In this document: in pieces, positions 8,437 to 18,474 of the stretch
How the letters are laid out: every line of letters starts with the position of its first letter
Numbering within the stretch: the stretch's first letter is position 1
Assembly: GCA_027491915.1 (NCBI GenBank)
Contig: JAOZGC010000002.1
Span: 512,001-576,000 of the forward strand
Reading direction: 5' to 3'
Source: Thermoproteota archaeon
Lineage (GTDB): Archaea; Korarchaeota; Korarchaeia; Korarchaeales; Korarchaeaceae
Length of the DNA stretch: 64,000 bases
Notes under the pieces: generated by a model
What the model saw: only the letters and a program-made list of their open reading frames with translations
Databases searched by the model: none
What the model was told of the DNA's origin: nothing
Translations under genes and position numbers: made by a program

Positions 8437-9186
8437 GTGGCGGAGGGCCTCCCCGAGACGGATGCCCTCTACCTGAGGGATTCCTACCTGAGATCCTGCT
8501 CGGCCCGGGTCATCCGGATCTCGGTCGGGAGGGGACGTAGGAGGTACCTGGCGCTGGATAGGACCGTCTTCCACCCGCTGTCCGGGGGGCAGCCCAGCGA
8601 CGTCGGGGTGATCAGGGGAGAGGGGTTCGAGCTCTCGGTGAGGAAGACCCTCCTAAGACGCGGAGTTGTGATCCACTTCGGCCTCCTCTCCGGTCGGGAG
8701 CCCGCCGAGGGGGACGAGGTGAGGTGCGCGCTGGACTGGGGGAGAAGGTACCGGGTGATGAGGCTGCACACCGCGGGCCACATACTGGACGCGGCGGTCT
8801 CCCCCCACTACGGGAGGGTCGTGAGGACGCTGGGCGCCATGCACGGCCCGCCCGACCCGCACGTCGACTACGGCGCCGAGACCCCTCCGCCCGATCTCAT
8901 CCCGTCGATCGAAGAGCGAGCCAACGACATCGTCTCGGCCGACCTGAGGGTGAGGGTGACTTTCGTCGCCCGGGAGGAGACCGCGGGGGCGATCCGCTGG
9001 GCTCCCAACCTGGAGAGGCTGCCGCCGTCCCGGGTCTACAGGGTGGTGGAGATAGGGGGCGTGAACGCCGTCCCCTGCACCGGGACCCACGTGGCCAGGA
9101 CCGGGGAGGTGGGGAGGATAAGGGTTCTGGGGGCAGATCCCGTGGACAGGGGGTTCAGGCTCTCCTACGACGTCTCCCGGGACTGA
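8437..9186 (+). CDS. alaXM: Alanyl-tRNA editing protein AlaX-M
   Basis: LYLRDSYL, RTVFHPLSGGQPSD, HTAGH and CTGTH zinc motifs. Confidence 0.9.
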   Translation: MAEGLPETDALYLRDSYLRSCSARVIRISVGRGRRRYLALDRTVFHPLSGGQPSDVGVIRGEGFELSVRKTLLRRGVVIHFGLLSGREPAEGDEVRCALDWGRRYRVMRLHTAGHILDAAVSPHYGRVVRTLGAMHGPPDPHVDYGAETPPPDLIPSIEERANDIVSADLRVRVTFVAREETAGAIRWAPNLERLPPSRVYRVVEIGGVNAVPCTGTHVARTGEVGRIRVLGADPVDRGFRLSYDVSRD

Positions 9187-9238
9187 GATCCTCTGATCTG
9201 GGGGGGAGAGGAGGGGGGAGGGAGAGGGGGAGGGGGGA

Positions 9239-11156
9239 TCAGTCCCCCCCGTACCTGCGCCTCAGCTCCTCGTAGACCTCCCTCGATATCTCTCCAGCCC
9301 GATACCTCCTCTCTATGAGCTCGAGCATCTGCCTATCTTCCCCTCTCCTCCCGGCCTGGGGGGCCCCTCTGGGGGCCGACCTGGATCTGCGGACGAGGAC
9401 GAAGGCGGCCGCCGCGGCGGGCGCCCCCGCGCCGCGGGGGGGAAACCAACCCCCCAAAGGGGGCCCCCCCCACCCCCCCCCCCCAGGGGGGGCCCCCCCG
9501 GGGGGCGGGGGGGGGGCGGGTGGTGTTGGGGGGGTGGTGGTGGGGGGGGGCGCGGGGGGGGGCGCCCGCGGCCGCGGCGGCTATAACCAACCCACTAGAG
9601 GGGCCACCAGCCTCCCCTCCCCCACTTGGAGGGCCCGCCGGGGGCTGCGATGGCTGCTGAGACGGCTGCTGAGACGGCTGCTGCGATGGCTGCTGACCCG
9701 GCTGCTGAGACGGCCCAACCGACGCCCTCGGGGTGGACCCGTACTCGTACGGACCGATGTCCGGTCCGCCGCCCACAGGCCTCTCCCCAAACTCAAGATC
9801 GTATGGAGGGAAGAACTCCGGGTCCCCCGCGTCTATAGCAGGGCTATCGGGCGAGAGGTGGAAGTCGTCGGAGTCCGGGTCGACGAACTTCGGATCGGCC
9901 ACCAAGCTGTGCGCGCCGTTCCCGCTCGCCTGGGTCCAAGAGCCGGAGGTCATGTCGTCCCAGGTCACGTCCACCTGGTCACGCTCGAGCCAGATCTCGG
10001 AGTCGCTCCTGCTGTACCATATATTGTAATCCTCGGTGAGGCTGACCCCCGAACCCACGTAAATCCCGACCGGGGCGTCGCTGGGGCCGTTGAACGCGAA
10101 TATGGAGTTTCTTATCTCCACCCACAGGTCGTCCTGAGGGTCGAGCGGCTCGGGCTCCGGGTAGCCCGCGCTCAGCGAGTAGGCCCTGTTCTCCACCGAG
10201 TTGAAGGCCACCATCGAGTTGTAGACATAATAATATCCATTGTAGACGAAGTCTATACCCATTAGACCGTTCCTGTATATGGCGGTGTTCTGTATAGTCC
10301 CTCCGGTCCAGAGCTTTACCCCCTCCATCCCGTTGTGGTGCACCTTGCACCTGAACACCCCTACCCCTACCCCTCCTATGCCGGAGAGGTTAATCAGCGG
10401 GTTCCTGGACCCTATGTCTATCCCGTCTCCCCCGTTGTGGTGGACGTCGCATGCGAGCACATATATGTCGGAGCCCATCTCTACGCTGACGCCGTCCGCC
10501 CCGAACCCGGCCTCGGCCCCGTTGCCGTATATGGAGTCGTAGGACAGCTCTATGTCACTGCACGGGCCCGGGGTGCAGTCCACCCCCCCAATGTCGTTGT
10601 CGTGGATCACGCAGTTCTCTATGGTCACGTTGTCCACGGGCCCGAACATGGGCTCCTCCCCGCTGTAACCCACCGTCATGTGTATTCCGGTGTCCGAGTT
10701 GGAGACATCGAGGTTGTAGAGCCCTATGTGACTGTTCCCCCCGTCGAGGGAGACGGCCCAGATGTCGCAGCCAGTGAGCCTGAGGTTGGCCAGGTTGACG
10801 TAGGAGACCCCCGGCCTGAACATCACCCCGTTGGACCCGAACCCGGACAGGTCCAGGACGACCGTCTCTCCCGGGGCGCCGGTTATGTTTATAGGAGCGC
10901 CCGGGGCACCGGAGACGTTTATCTCCACCAGCTCGTGGTAGGTCCCCCCGTGGATCACGAGGACGTCTCCGGGCCTGAGGGCGGCGACCCCCCGGGACAC
11001 GGTGGCCCACGGCTGGGACTCGGTCCCGGGGTTGGAGTCGCTCCCGGAAGGAGACACGTGGTACACGTGCCCCTGCCCCTCGATCCCGCGGCCCGCCGAT
11101 GGCGCCAGGAGGAGGGCTAGGAGCAGGGCCGAAGCGGCGAGCGACCTCGCTCCCAT
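9239..11156 (-). CDS. Secreted right-handed beta-helix (pectate lyase-like) protein with QQPS linker, TM anchor and C-terminal SHOCT domain; frame interrupted by a probable assembly artifact
   Basis: Signal peptide, YHVSPSGSDSNPGT, PbH repeats, DFHLSPDSPAIDAG..PDIGPYEY; tail AAAAFVLVRR..LIERRYRAGEISREVYEELRRR in another frame. Confidence 0.75.
9643..9713. repeat. 12-bp tandem repeat (about 6 copies, GGCTGCTGAGAC-like) encoding a QQPS linker
   Basis: ggctgcgat ggctgctgagac ggctgctgagac ggctgctgcgat ggctgctgaccc ggctgctgagac. Confidence 0.85.
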
Positions 11157-11264
11157 TACAACATTTCGACGTCCTTTCAATATAACGATTAGTCCGCCGG
11201 GAGGGGCCCGTCCGGGTCCCCCCACTTATATCCGGAGGGCCGGCCCGGCGGCGGGGGAGCGAGA

Positions 11265-11846
11265 ATGCCCGAGAGGGGGGAGGTCGAGCGGAGGCTCAGG
11301 AGGTTCCTGAAGAACGCTGCCTGGCTGGCCCTCTCCCTGATCCTGCTCGTGGGCATGGACCTCGCCCTCGGCGGGATCAGGTTCAGGGCGTTCGGCGTTG
11401 AGCTCGATACCACCGAGGTGATAGGGGTCTTCAGGCTCATGTCCATAATATACTTCGGCTACTGGGTCCTGAGGGACGGCCTCTACCTGCTGGACCTGAC
11501 GGCGGGGCTGCTGACCGAGGCCCTGGAGCTCGGGGAGGCCGGCGGCCCCAGGAGGATAGGGCTGGACGTCCTCTACCTGATATCCCTCGGGCTCGGGTGG
11601 CTGGCGGCCTCGCCCTTCCTGGGGATCCTACCGGAGCTCGCCTCCAGGGCGGCGGCCCTCGCCTTCCTCTCCCTGGCCGTGGTGTTCGTCTACGACGCGG
11701 TCAAGACCTCGTACTCCCTCATAAGGTCTCGGGTGGAGGCCCTGGTGGAGGTCGCCGCGGGCGTCCTGTCGGAGGTCAGGGGAGGGGGCCGAGGGAAAGG
11801 GGTGGGGGATCAGAGTGCCCCTGAGAGGCGGAGGAGGACCAGGTAA
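11265..11846 (+). CDS. Hypothetical membrane protein (about 4 TM)
   Basis: Hydrophobic helices, host codon usage, CTTATA promoter about 35 bp upstream. Confidence 0.65.
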   Translation: MPERGEVERRLRRFLKNAAWLALSLILLVGMDLALGGIRFRAFGVELDTTEVIGVFRLMSIIYFGYWVLRDGLYLLDLTAGLLTEALELGEAGGPRRIGLDVLYLISLGLGWLAASPFLGILPELASRAAALAFLSLAVVFVYDAVKTSYSLIRSRVEALVEVAAGVLSEVRGGGRGKGVGDQSAPERRRRTR

Positions 11847-13105
11847 ACGTCGCTCAGCGTCAGCTGGAGGAGGGTCAGCTTGCCGCCCTCCCTCGTGAAG
11901 TCCATGGGACTGAACCCCGGCACCTCCCTCTCCAGTATCCCCACGGCTACGAGGGAGGGGGGAGAGGCGAAGTAGGTGAGGCTCCCCCCCACGTTCGCCC
12001 CGGCCGCCACCGCCCATGCCGCCGCGCGCACGTCGGGGGCCGCCAGGGGGGATGCGCTCTCTATCAGGGAGGCGAATGTCAGGGCAACCGGCACGTTGTC
12101 CACCAGCCCGCTGGTGAGGCCCGAGGCCCATAGCACGGCCGAGGTCAGGGCGGCCCCGCCGGCGGACCACACGGGGCCGGCAGCCCGGGCCAGGACCTCC
12201 AGGGCCCCCGACTCCTCCAGCCCCCCGACCACCACGTAGAAGGAGGCCAGGAAGAACACGGTGGACCAGTCCACCCTCGAGAATATCCGCTCCGGATCTC
12301 CCCCGCACGCCCAGAGCATCAGGGCCGCCGCCAGCAGCGCGGCGGCGTCCATGGGGAGGCCCGGGGGCTGGGCCACGACGACGGCCACGAAGCCGGCGAA
12401 TATCGCCGCCGCCCTAACCATGATCCCCGCGCTCTCCGCGGCGCCCCACGGATCTATCTCCCGGACGTCCACCCGGGGAGGGCCTGAGTACAGATCCCCG
12501 GACGCCACCCCGACGGCGGCCGTCGCGGCCGTGAGGAGGACGGCCAGGGGGCCGCCCACCGTCAGGAACTGGCCGAAGTCCATCCCGAAACGCAGGGCCA
12601 CTATCAGGTTGGGCACGCTGCTTATCATCAGGCCCACGGCCCCGCCGTTGCAGACCGCCGCCTCGTAGACCACCCACTTCCTGAGGTTCAGCCCCAGGGG
12701 CCCGGCGAGGGAGGCCGTCATGGCCCCGACCACGAGCATGGCCGGCAGGTTCGCCAGGAAGAGGGTGACCGCCAGCGAGAGGAACATGAAGGCGACGAAG
12801 AGGACCTCCCTCCTGCCGCCGAGGACCCTGACCAGCCACAGGCCGGCGAACTGGAACAGCCCGGACTCGTAGAGTCCCTCGACCAGGATCAGGACCCCGA
12901 CCACGAACCTGAGCGTTACCATGTCGACGAAGCCGAAGGCGTCCTCCGGCCGGAACAGGCCGTAGACGAAGGAGCCGAAGTAGACCATCAGGCCGGCCGC
13001 CACCATGGCCGAGACGACCCTGTGGTACTTCTCGGTCAGCAGCAGGACCACCGCCAGGGCGAACACCCCCAGGGCCGCCAGCTGGGGATCCGTCAGCCCC
13101 GTCAT
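11810..13105 (-). CDS. ArsB/NhaD/SLC13-like anion permease
   Basis: About 12 TM; N.GG..LMI..VPNLI, VDWSTVFF, SGLVDNVP, GANVGG motifs. Confidence 0.85.
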   Translation of the reverse strand: MTGLTDPQLAALGVFALAVVLLLTEKYHRVVSAMVAAGLMVYFGSFVYGLFRPEDAFGFVDMVTLRFVVGVLILVEGLYESGLFQFAGLWLVRVLGGRREVLFVAFMFLSLAVTLFLANLPAMLVVGAMTASLAGPLGLNLRKWVVYEAAVCNGGAVGLMISSVPNLIVALRFGMDFGQFLTVGGPLAVLLTAATAAVGVASGDLYSGPPRVDVREIDPWGAAESAGIMVRAAAIFAGFVAVVVAQPPGLPMDAAALLAAALMLWACGGDPERIFSRVDWSTVFFLASFYVVVGGLEESGALEVLARAAGPVWSAGGAALTSAVLWASGLTSGLVDNVPVALTFASLIESASPLAAPDVRAAAWAVAAGANVGGSLTYFASPPSLVAVGILEREVPGFSPMDFTREGGKLTLLQLTLSDVYLVLLRLSGAL

Positions 13106-13437
13106 TCGAGACTACCCGCCCACTCCCTGATCAGCCTGGAGAGCCCGTCCCCGAACCTCGGGTCGTCCAGGATCCCCTCCAGCTCCGCGGGATCGATCCC
13201 CCCCACCTCGACCAGGGCGATTATCAGGGTCCTCCTCCCTCCACCCCTCTTCTCCCTCAGGTAGAGTCGGGCAAGCCTGGAGACGTGCCTCGAGAAGTCC
13301 TCATCGTCCCTCAGGGCCTCCAGATCCTCCAGGGAGAGATCCTCCGGCTTCCAGATCCTGACCTTCACGTAGGGCCTGACGGCCCTGTCTATCCTCTCCC
13401 TGGCCTCCTCGTAGTCCCTCGCCCTCCCGCCGACCAA
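13102..13437 (-). CDS. Hypothetical protein translationally coupled to the permease
   Basis: Host codon usage; ATGA overlap at 13102-13105. Confidence 0.55.
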   Translation of the reverse strand: MVGGRARDYEEARERIDRAVRPYVKVRIWKPEDLSLEDLEALRDDEDFSRHVSRLARLYLREKRGGGRRTLIIALVEVGGIDPAELEGILDDPRFGDGLSRLIREWAGSLE

Positions 13438-13501
13438 GGCCAGCCCCCCAAGTCGGGGTGGAGTGGGGGGATCTTATTATACCCTGGACCGGGCGGCCAG
13501 G

Positions 13502-14392
13502 TCAGGCCAGCCTCCACAGGAGGCCCCTGGGCCCGGCCACCGGCGAGACCGTCCCATCCTCGGCCATGTAGCCCAGGGCCGACCTGACCGTGACCGATCC
13601 CAGTATCACGGAGGACGGGGTCAGCTCCGCGCCCCCCTCCAGGAGGATCCTGGCGGTGACCTCCCCGGCCGAGGCCGGCCCCGCCCTCAGGGCGGACTCT
13701 ATCTTCCCCGGGAGGCCCTCCAAGATCCTGAGGTTGACCTCCAGCATCCTCTCGGCGGCCGCCCCATCCACAACGGGGCCGTGGGAGGGGACCAGCTTCT
13801 CGTAGTCCCTGACCCCATCCAAGAGCCACCTCACGGTATCCAGGGCACCCCGGAAATCCAGGTGATACGGTATCACTGCCCTGGCCAGCAGCCTGTCCCC
13901 GAAGAAGGAGTCGGCCGCGTACAGGATGCCGTCGGGGGTGACGAACCCGGCCATGCCGAAGGTGTGCCCCCTCAGCGGGACGGTCTCCAGGGGGCCCAGC
14001 CTGTCGCCGTGCCGGAAGGTGCCGTCCGGCCGGGCGGGCACCGCCTCCACGTGGTAGACGAGCCCCTCGGGCGCCCTGGCCCCGAAGCTCATCGCCCTCC
14101 TGAGCCCGGGGCTTATCGCCGGGGAGTACTCCTCCTCCGGGCAGAGGACTGGGACCCCCGCGGCCGCCGCGAGGTCTGGGACGGCCGCCACGTGGTCCGA
14201 GTGGGAGTGGCTTATGGCCGCCAGGGCCGCCCTCACCCCAAGGGAGGACAGGGCCCCGACCACCTCCCGGGCCCTCGACCTGGGCTGGCCCGGGTCCACC
14301 AGCCATCCCTCGCCGCCGGACGCGTAGATCAGGGTGGCCGGGGAACCCGGGAGGACGTAGGTCCCCTCCCCAACCCTCCTGAGCCTCGACAT
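13502..14392 (-). CDS. MBL-fold metallo-hydrolase
   Basis: SHSHSDH, GHT, AD, PSHG metal ligands. Confidence 0.9.
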   Translation of the reverse strand: MSRLRRVGEGTYVLPGSPATLIYASGGEGWLVDPGQPRSRAREVVGALSSLGVRAALAAISHSHSDHVAAVPDLAAAAGVPVLCPEEEYSPAISPGLRRAMSFGARAPEGLVYHVEAVPARPDGTFRHGDRLGPLETVPLRGHTFGMAGFVTPDGILYAADSFFGDRLLARAVIPYHLDFRGALDTVRWLLDGVRDYEKLVPSHGPVVDGAAAERMLEVNLRILEGLPGKIESALRAGPASAGEVTARILLEGGAELTPSSVILGSVTVRSALGYMAEDGTVSPVAGPRGLLWRLA

Positions 14393-14439
14393 CTCCCCCC
14401 CGCCGCCCTACCCCTTATAATGGCGCAAAGCTTATATGC

Positions 14440-14465
14440 TCTTCTAATTAGTTAGAATTAGAAGA
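14440..14465. promoter_or_regulatory. Perfect inverted repeat TCTTCTAATT-n6-AATTAGAAGA directly downstream of a TATA box
   Basis: 10-bp arms; CTTATATG at 14431-14438; precedes the Yip1-X-ArsR operon. Confidence 0.65.
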
Positions 14466-14487
14466 AAATAAAATGGAGGTATTGATG

Positions 14488-15219
14488 ATGCCGTGGCGCG
14501 AGTCCCTCCTGGAGGTCTCCCACAGGCTGGGCAGCGTCCTGCTCCACCCCAGGGAGGCCTTCGAGGAGATGATCTCCGAGGGCCCGAGGCTGGCCCTGCC
14601 GCTGGCCGTCTGCTTCGCCTTGGCCTTCTCCTCCGGTGCCCTGGCGATCTCAGCCATCCTGGGGCTCCTCCCACCGCTGGCCTTCCTGATCCCCGTGGCC
14701 GGTCCGGCTGCAGGCCTGATCTCGGCGGTCCTGACCCTGATATTCCTCCTGCTGCTCTCGGTGCTGATCCACGCCAACGCCCTCCTGCTCGGCGGCAGCG
14801 GAGATTTTGAGGCGATTCTGGCGGTCTTGGCCTACTCCCAGGCGCCCGATTTCCTCCCAGTGGCGGCGCTGGCGGTCTCCGCCATCTTGGGCGGGATCCC
14901 CGGCCTCTCGTGGTTCCTCCTGGGCGCTGCTCTCGGGCTGCTGTCCGGCCTTTGGGGCCTCTGGATAGCGGTGGTTGGCACCGGGGTCTCCTACGGACTG
15001 AGCTCCGGGAAGGCCCTGATAGCGGCCTTCTTGATCCCCCTGGCCCTCTTCGTGGTGGTTGGAATCTCCCTCGGATTCGGAGCGTGGTGGGTAGTTGCGC
15101 TGATCGTGCTCGGCTACGCGGTCGCTTTCATCGTCAGGGAGAGGGGGGGTCTCCCTTCCCCCGAGCCGGTCCCAGCCGCCCAGGTAGAGGAGGGAGGAGG
15201 CGATGAGGTTGAGCTCTGA
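14488..15219 (+). CDS. Yip1-family membrane protein
   Basis: VLLHPREAFEE, LLGGSGDFE..L...AYS..P, YGLSSGKA; GGAGGT RBS. Confidence 0.8.
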   Translation: MPWRESLLEVSHRLGSVLLHPREAFEEMISEGPRLALPLAVCFALAFSSGALAISAILGLLPPLAFLIPVAGPAAGLISAVLTLIFLLLLSVLIHANALLLGGSGDFEAILAVLAYSQAPDFLPVAALAVSAILGGIPGLSWFLLGAALGLLSGLWGLWIAVVGTGVSYGLSSGKALIAAFLIPLALFVVVGISLGFGAWWVVALIVLGYAVAFIVRERGGLPSPEPVPAAQVEEGGGDEVEL

Positions 15220-15904
15220 GGAGGTCCTGGGGCTGCTCGTGGTGGCGCTGACGCTGTTCTCCCTGGCTGTGGCGATCGCCTCCCCAGCCCCGGCCCTCGG
15301 CGGGGGAGGGGCCGGAACCCCGCTGCCGACGCCCGTCCCGGGATGGGGACGTCGGAACCTCTCGATCCCCCTGCTCGCCCCGTGGGCTGGGACCCGGGCC
15401 GAGGGGAGGATAGAGCTCGGGAACGCGACCGGGCTGATCGTAGATCTCGGCGCCGGGAAGGTCACCTTCGAGGAGGGGAATGAGGCCCGGGTGGAGTACT
15501 CCGGCACGGGATTCCGGGTGAGCAGGTCCCCGGAGGGGACGGTCAACCTGTCCATGGGTGCGGGCACCGTCAGGGTGGTGCTCCCGCCCGGCGCGGCGTC
15601 CTTGATCTCCGTTAACCTGAGCATGGGGGAGGTCTCCGGCAGGGCGCCCGTCGGCGGGCCGGCGTCGGTCTCGATCGACGTGGGCATGGGGGACATCGAG
15701 CTGACGGTCGTGGTTCCCGGCGGATCCGCCGTCAGGGCCAACGCGAGCGTGGGTTGGGGGGAGGCCGAGCTGGAGGGGGTTAACCCGATTCCGACCTCTC
15801 CGGGGAGGGTACTCGGCGAGCTGGACGGCGACGAGTCGAGGCTCGTGGAGATAGGGGCGGACGTGGGCATGGGGTCGGTGCTCGTGACCGTCGAGAGGGG
15901 GTGA
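15203..15904 (+). CDS. Membrane-anchored beta-repeat protein (DUF4097/LiaF-like)
   Basis: N-terminal TM; repeated V.LGAG.V / V.MG.V / VGMG.I units. Confidence 0.6.
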   Translation: MRLSSEEVLGLLVVALTLFSLAVAIASPAPALGGGGAGTPLPTPVPGWGRRNLSIPLLAPWAGTRAEGRIELGNATGLIVDLGAGKVTFEEGNEARVEYSGTGFRVSRSPEGTVNLSMGAGTVRVVLPPGAASLISVNLSMGEVSGRAPVGGPASVSIDVGMGDIELTVVVPGGSAVRANASVGWGEAELEGVNPIPTSPGRVLGELDGDESRLVEIGADVGMGSVLVTVERG

Positions 15905-16560
15905 GGCGGGTGCGCATTCCCCCCCACGACCCCGTCAGGGCCCGCAAGGTCATAGAGTCGCTGGCCAGTCCGAGCAAACTCCAGATACTAGCCCTGATTT
16001 CCAAGAGGCCCTCTTCCCCGTCGGAGATAGCCGAGACCCTGGGGCTCAAGCTCCCGACCGTGATGCACCATCTCTCAGAGCTTAGGGACGCGGGGCTCAT
16101 AAGGCCGGCCTCGGTCAGGAGGACGGGGGGGAGGGGGAGACCCGCCAGGGAGTACGCCCTGTCGGACCGCAGCCTGACCATAGAGGTGGACCTCACCCTC
16201 TACCCGAACCTCCCCCCCGAGGAGGAGATCTGGGACATGGTGTCCGACTACGTCAGGGCCAAGATGGAGTCCGGCGGCCTCCCGTCGGCCCCGGGGGTTG
16301 GGGACGTGGCCTCCACCCTGGGGGTGGACAGGAGGATGGGGGCCGTGGTTCTGAGCCTCATGAAGAGGAGGAAGGCCGACGTGATATCCCTGGTGGCCTC
16401 GCGCGTGTTGGACGTTCTCAGAGGGTCGGATCGTCCCCTCTCGATCAGAGAGGTGGCCGAGAGGTCCGGAGTAGATAGGTACTGGGCCGTCCTGGCCCTA
16501 GAGAGGCTCCAGTCTGACGGGCTGGCCGAGATGTTCGACGGGACCGCCAGACCCACGTGA
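15901..16560 (+). CDS. ArsR-family regulator with additional C-terminal HTH domain(s)
   Basis: LASPSKLQILALI..PSEIAETLGLKLPTVMHHL..L, GRGRPAREY; LSIREVAERSGV. Confidence 0.85.
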   Translation: MRRVRIPPHDPVRARKVIESLASPSKLQILALISKRPSSPSEIAETLGLKLPTVMHHLSELRDAGLIRPASVRRTGGRGRPAREYALSDRSLTIEVDLTLYPNLPPEEEIWDMVSDYVRAKMESGGLPSAPGVGDVASTLGVDRRMGAVVLSLMKRRKADVISLVASRVLDVLRGSDRPLSIREVAERSGVDRYWAVLALERLQSDGLAEMFDGTARPT

Positions 16561-16642
16561 CCCCATTTCTCCCCTGAACCGACCCGGCTCTTTTGCCACC
16601 TTCCCCCTCCCCGACCGATCCCGTAGATCGGTCCGGCCGGGC

Positions 16643-17464
16643 CTACGCCCTGGCGGTCTCCCTGACCGGGGGTATCGGGGGAGGGCGTCTCTTGTGCGAG
16701 CTGGAGGCGTGCATCTCCAGGATCCTGGCCGCCTCCGCTCTCCCCATCCCCACCTCGCCGGCCGCCTCCTCCGGATCCTTCCCCAGATCGAACACCCTGA
16801 CCAGGAACCTGTCCAGGACTTCGTAGGATATTCCCAGCTCCCCCTCGGCGGTCTGCCCTGGCCAGAGCCTCGGGCTGCTGGGCTTCTCCACCACCTCCCG
16901 AGGGAGGCCGAGGAACTCTCCGAGGGCCCTGACCTGGGTCTTATACAGGTCGCCTATCGGGAGGAAGTCGGCGGCGCCGTCGCCGTGCTTCGTGAAGTAC
17001 CCGACCAGTATCTCGCTCCTGTCCCCCGTCCCGGCGACCAGCAGGCCCCTGGAGTTGGCCAGGTAGTAGAGGACGGTCATCCTGACCCTCGCCCTCAGGT
17101 TCCCCAGCGGCACCCTTGCCCCGGGGTCGAATCCCGGGATGGCCGCCGCCAGGGAGTCCACGGGCCCGGACACGTCGACCTGGACCGTCTCTATCCCGAG
17201 GGACTCGGCCAGCCTCAGGGCGTCCCCCACGTCCTCCCCCGGGGTCACCCTTGGGTCGGGCATGACGGCCCCCAGGACCCTCGTCGGACCCAGGGCCCTA
17301 ACCAGGAGGGCGGCCGTCACCGACGAGTCTACCCCCCCGCTGAGCCCGACCACGGCCCCCCGGGCCCCGGCCCCCTCCACGAGCCCGGAGCAGAACCCGG
17401 ATATTAAGTCCGCGGCCTTCCCCCAATCCAACCTCAGGAGGGGATCCACGTCCACCAGGATCAC
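16643..17464 (-). CDS. nadE: NH3-dependent NAD+ synthetase
   Basis: GLSGGVDS, GNLRARVRM, GYFTKHGDG, PIGDLYKTQV, KPSSPRLW. Confidence 0.95.
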   Translation of the reverse strand: MILVDVDPLLRLDWGKAADLISGFCSGLVEGAGARGAVVGLSGGVDSSVTAALLVRALGPTRVLGAVMPDPRVTPGEDVGDALRLAESLGIETVQVDVSGPVDSLAAAIPGFDPGARVPLGNLRARVRMTVLYYLANSRGLLVAGTGDRSEILVGYFTKHGDGAADFLPIGDLYKTQVRALGEFLGLPREVVEKPSSPRLWPGQTAEGELGISYEVLDRFLVRVFDLGKDPEEAAGEVGMGRAEAARILEMHASSSHKRRPPPIPPVRETARA

Positions 17465-17988
17465 CCCCCGAGCTCCCTCACCCTCTCCGCCGCCTCCCTT
17501 ATGACGGCGGCCGCTTCCTCGGCCCTCCCGCCGGCGAGGTCCGCCTCCGAGAGGGCGGACCTAAGCTCAGCCAGGGCGCACCTGACCGGCTCGGGAATCC
17601 CCCCGCCGGCGGGCTCTCCGAGGAGGTTCCTGACAGACTCGGCCAGATCCCTGAAGTCCCTCAGTATCCTCCTCTGGGCATCCTTCAGCCGATTCCAGGC
17701 CTCCTCCCCCGCGGGGGTCAGGTAGTACTTCCTCATCTTCCCCTTCTCCCTGGAGGTCAGCAGCCCCATCCTCTCCAGTTCCCTGAGGGCTGGGTAGACC
17801 GAGCCGGGGGAGGGCTTCCACACCCCGGTCCTCTCCTCTATCGCCCTGATTATCTCCACCCCCGACATTCCCCCCCTCCTCCTTATCAGCCCCAGTATGA
17901 AGAACTTCAGCAGACCCCCGAAGGGTATCCTGGAGTGGACCCACCTCCCCGGCCAACCCCTCTCCTCACCCTCCCCCTCCTGATCCAA
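17461..17988 (-). CDS. PadR-family transcriptional regulator
   Basis: SGVEII..IEERTG.WKPSPGSVYPAL..LE..G; KYYLTPAG. Confidence 0.9.
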   Translation of the reverse strand: MDQEGEGEERGWPGRWVHSRIPFGGLLKFFILGLIRRRGGMSGVEIIRAIEERTGVWKPSPGSVYPALRELERMGLLTSREKGKMRKYYLTPAGEEAWNRLKDAQRRILRDFRDLAESVRNLLGEPAGGGIPEPVRCALAELRSALSEADLAGGRAEEAAAVIREAAERVRELGG

Positions 17989-17991
17989 TCC

Positions 17992-18474
17992 TCAACCCTC
18001 CCCAGTCCCCTCGGGGAGCAGCCCGAGCTTCTTGGCCTCTCCCTTGGCCTTCTTAACCGCCTCGTCCAGCCTGGTGAACTTGGTCGCCCTCGCCGCCCCC
18101 CTGGCCGCCCTCGCGACGGCCCTGGTGGTCTCCCCGTCGAGCTCCATCCCCCTGGCCAGCGCGGCCTCCCCATTCAACCTCAGGACCCTCCTCCCCTCAA
18201 GCTCCTCCTCGTAGACCACTCCCTGGGTCATCAGGGACTCCAGGGCCATCCAAGCCGTCGTGGACCAGGGACCGGCCGGCCACCAGCTCCAGCCGGCCCC
18301 GCTGCCCCCCACTCCCCTCCTGGCCAGGTCCACGTCGACCAGGAAGAGCACCCTCATCAGCCTGGCCGGGGTCAGGGGGGTCTCGACGTTGGCCAGTATG
18401 AGGGTCAGGAAGTCCCCCACCCTCCTGCGCGCGTCCGATTCAGATCCCGGCCCCGATCCGGACACTCGGGTCAC
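17992..18474 (-). CDS. Panacea/DUF4065 (SocA/GepA-like) domain protein
   Basis: RLMRVLFLVD and WSWWPAGPWS resemble the KL.K.LY..D and W.YGP.S motifs; GTGA overlap with the upstream stop. Confidence 0.5.
   Translation of the reverse strand: MTRVSGSGPGSESDARRRVGDFLTLILANVETPLTPARLMRVLFLVDVDLARRGVGGSGAGWSWWPAGPWSTTAWMALESLMTQGVVYEEELEGRRVLRLNGEAALARGMELDGETTRAVARAARGAARATKFTRLDEAVKKAKGEAKKLGLLPEGTGEG

Noticed and set aside
9430-9570. Apparent G-quadruplex or phase-variable homopolymer tract
   Set aside because: Better explained as degraded copies of the flanking sequence (artifact)
9643-9713. Short repeats considered as a CRISPR array
   Set aside because: In-frame 12-bp tandem units with no unique spacers; no cas genes in the window
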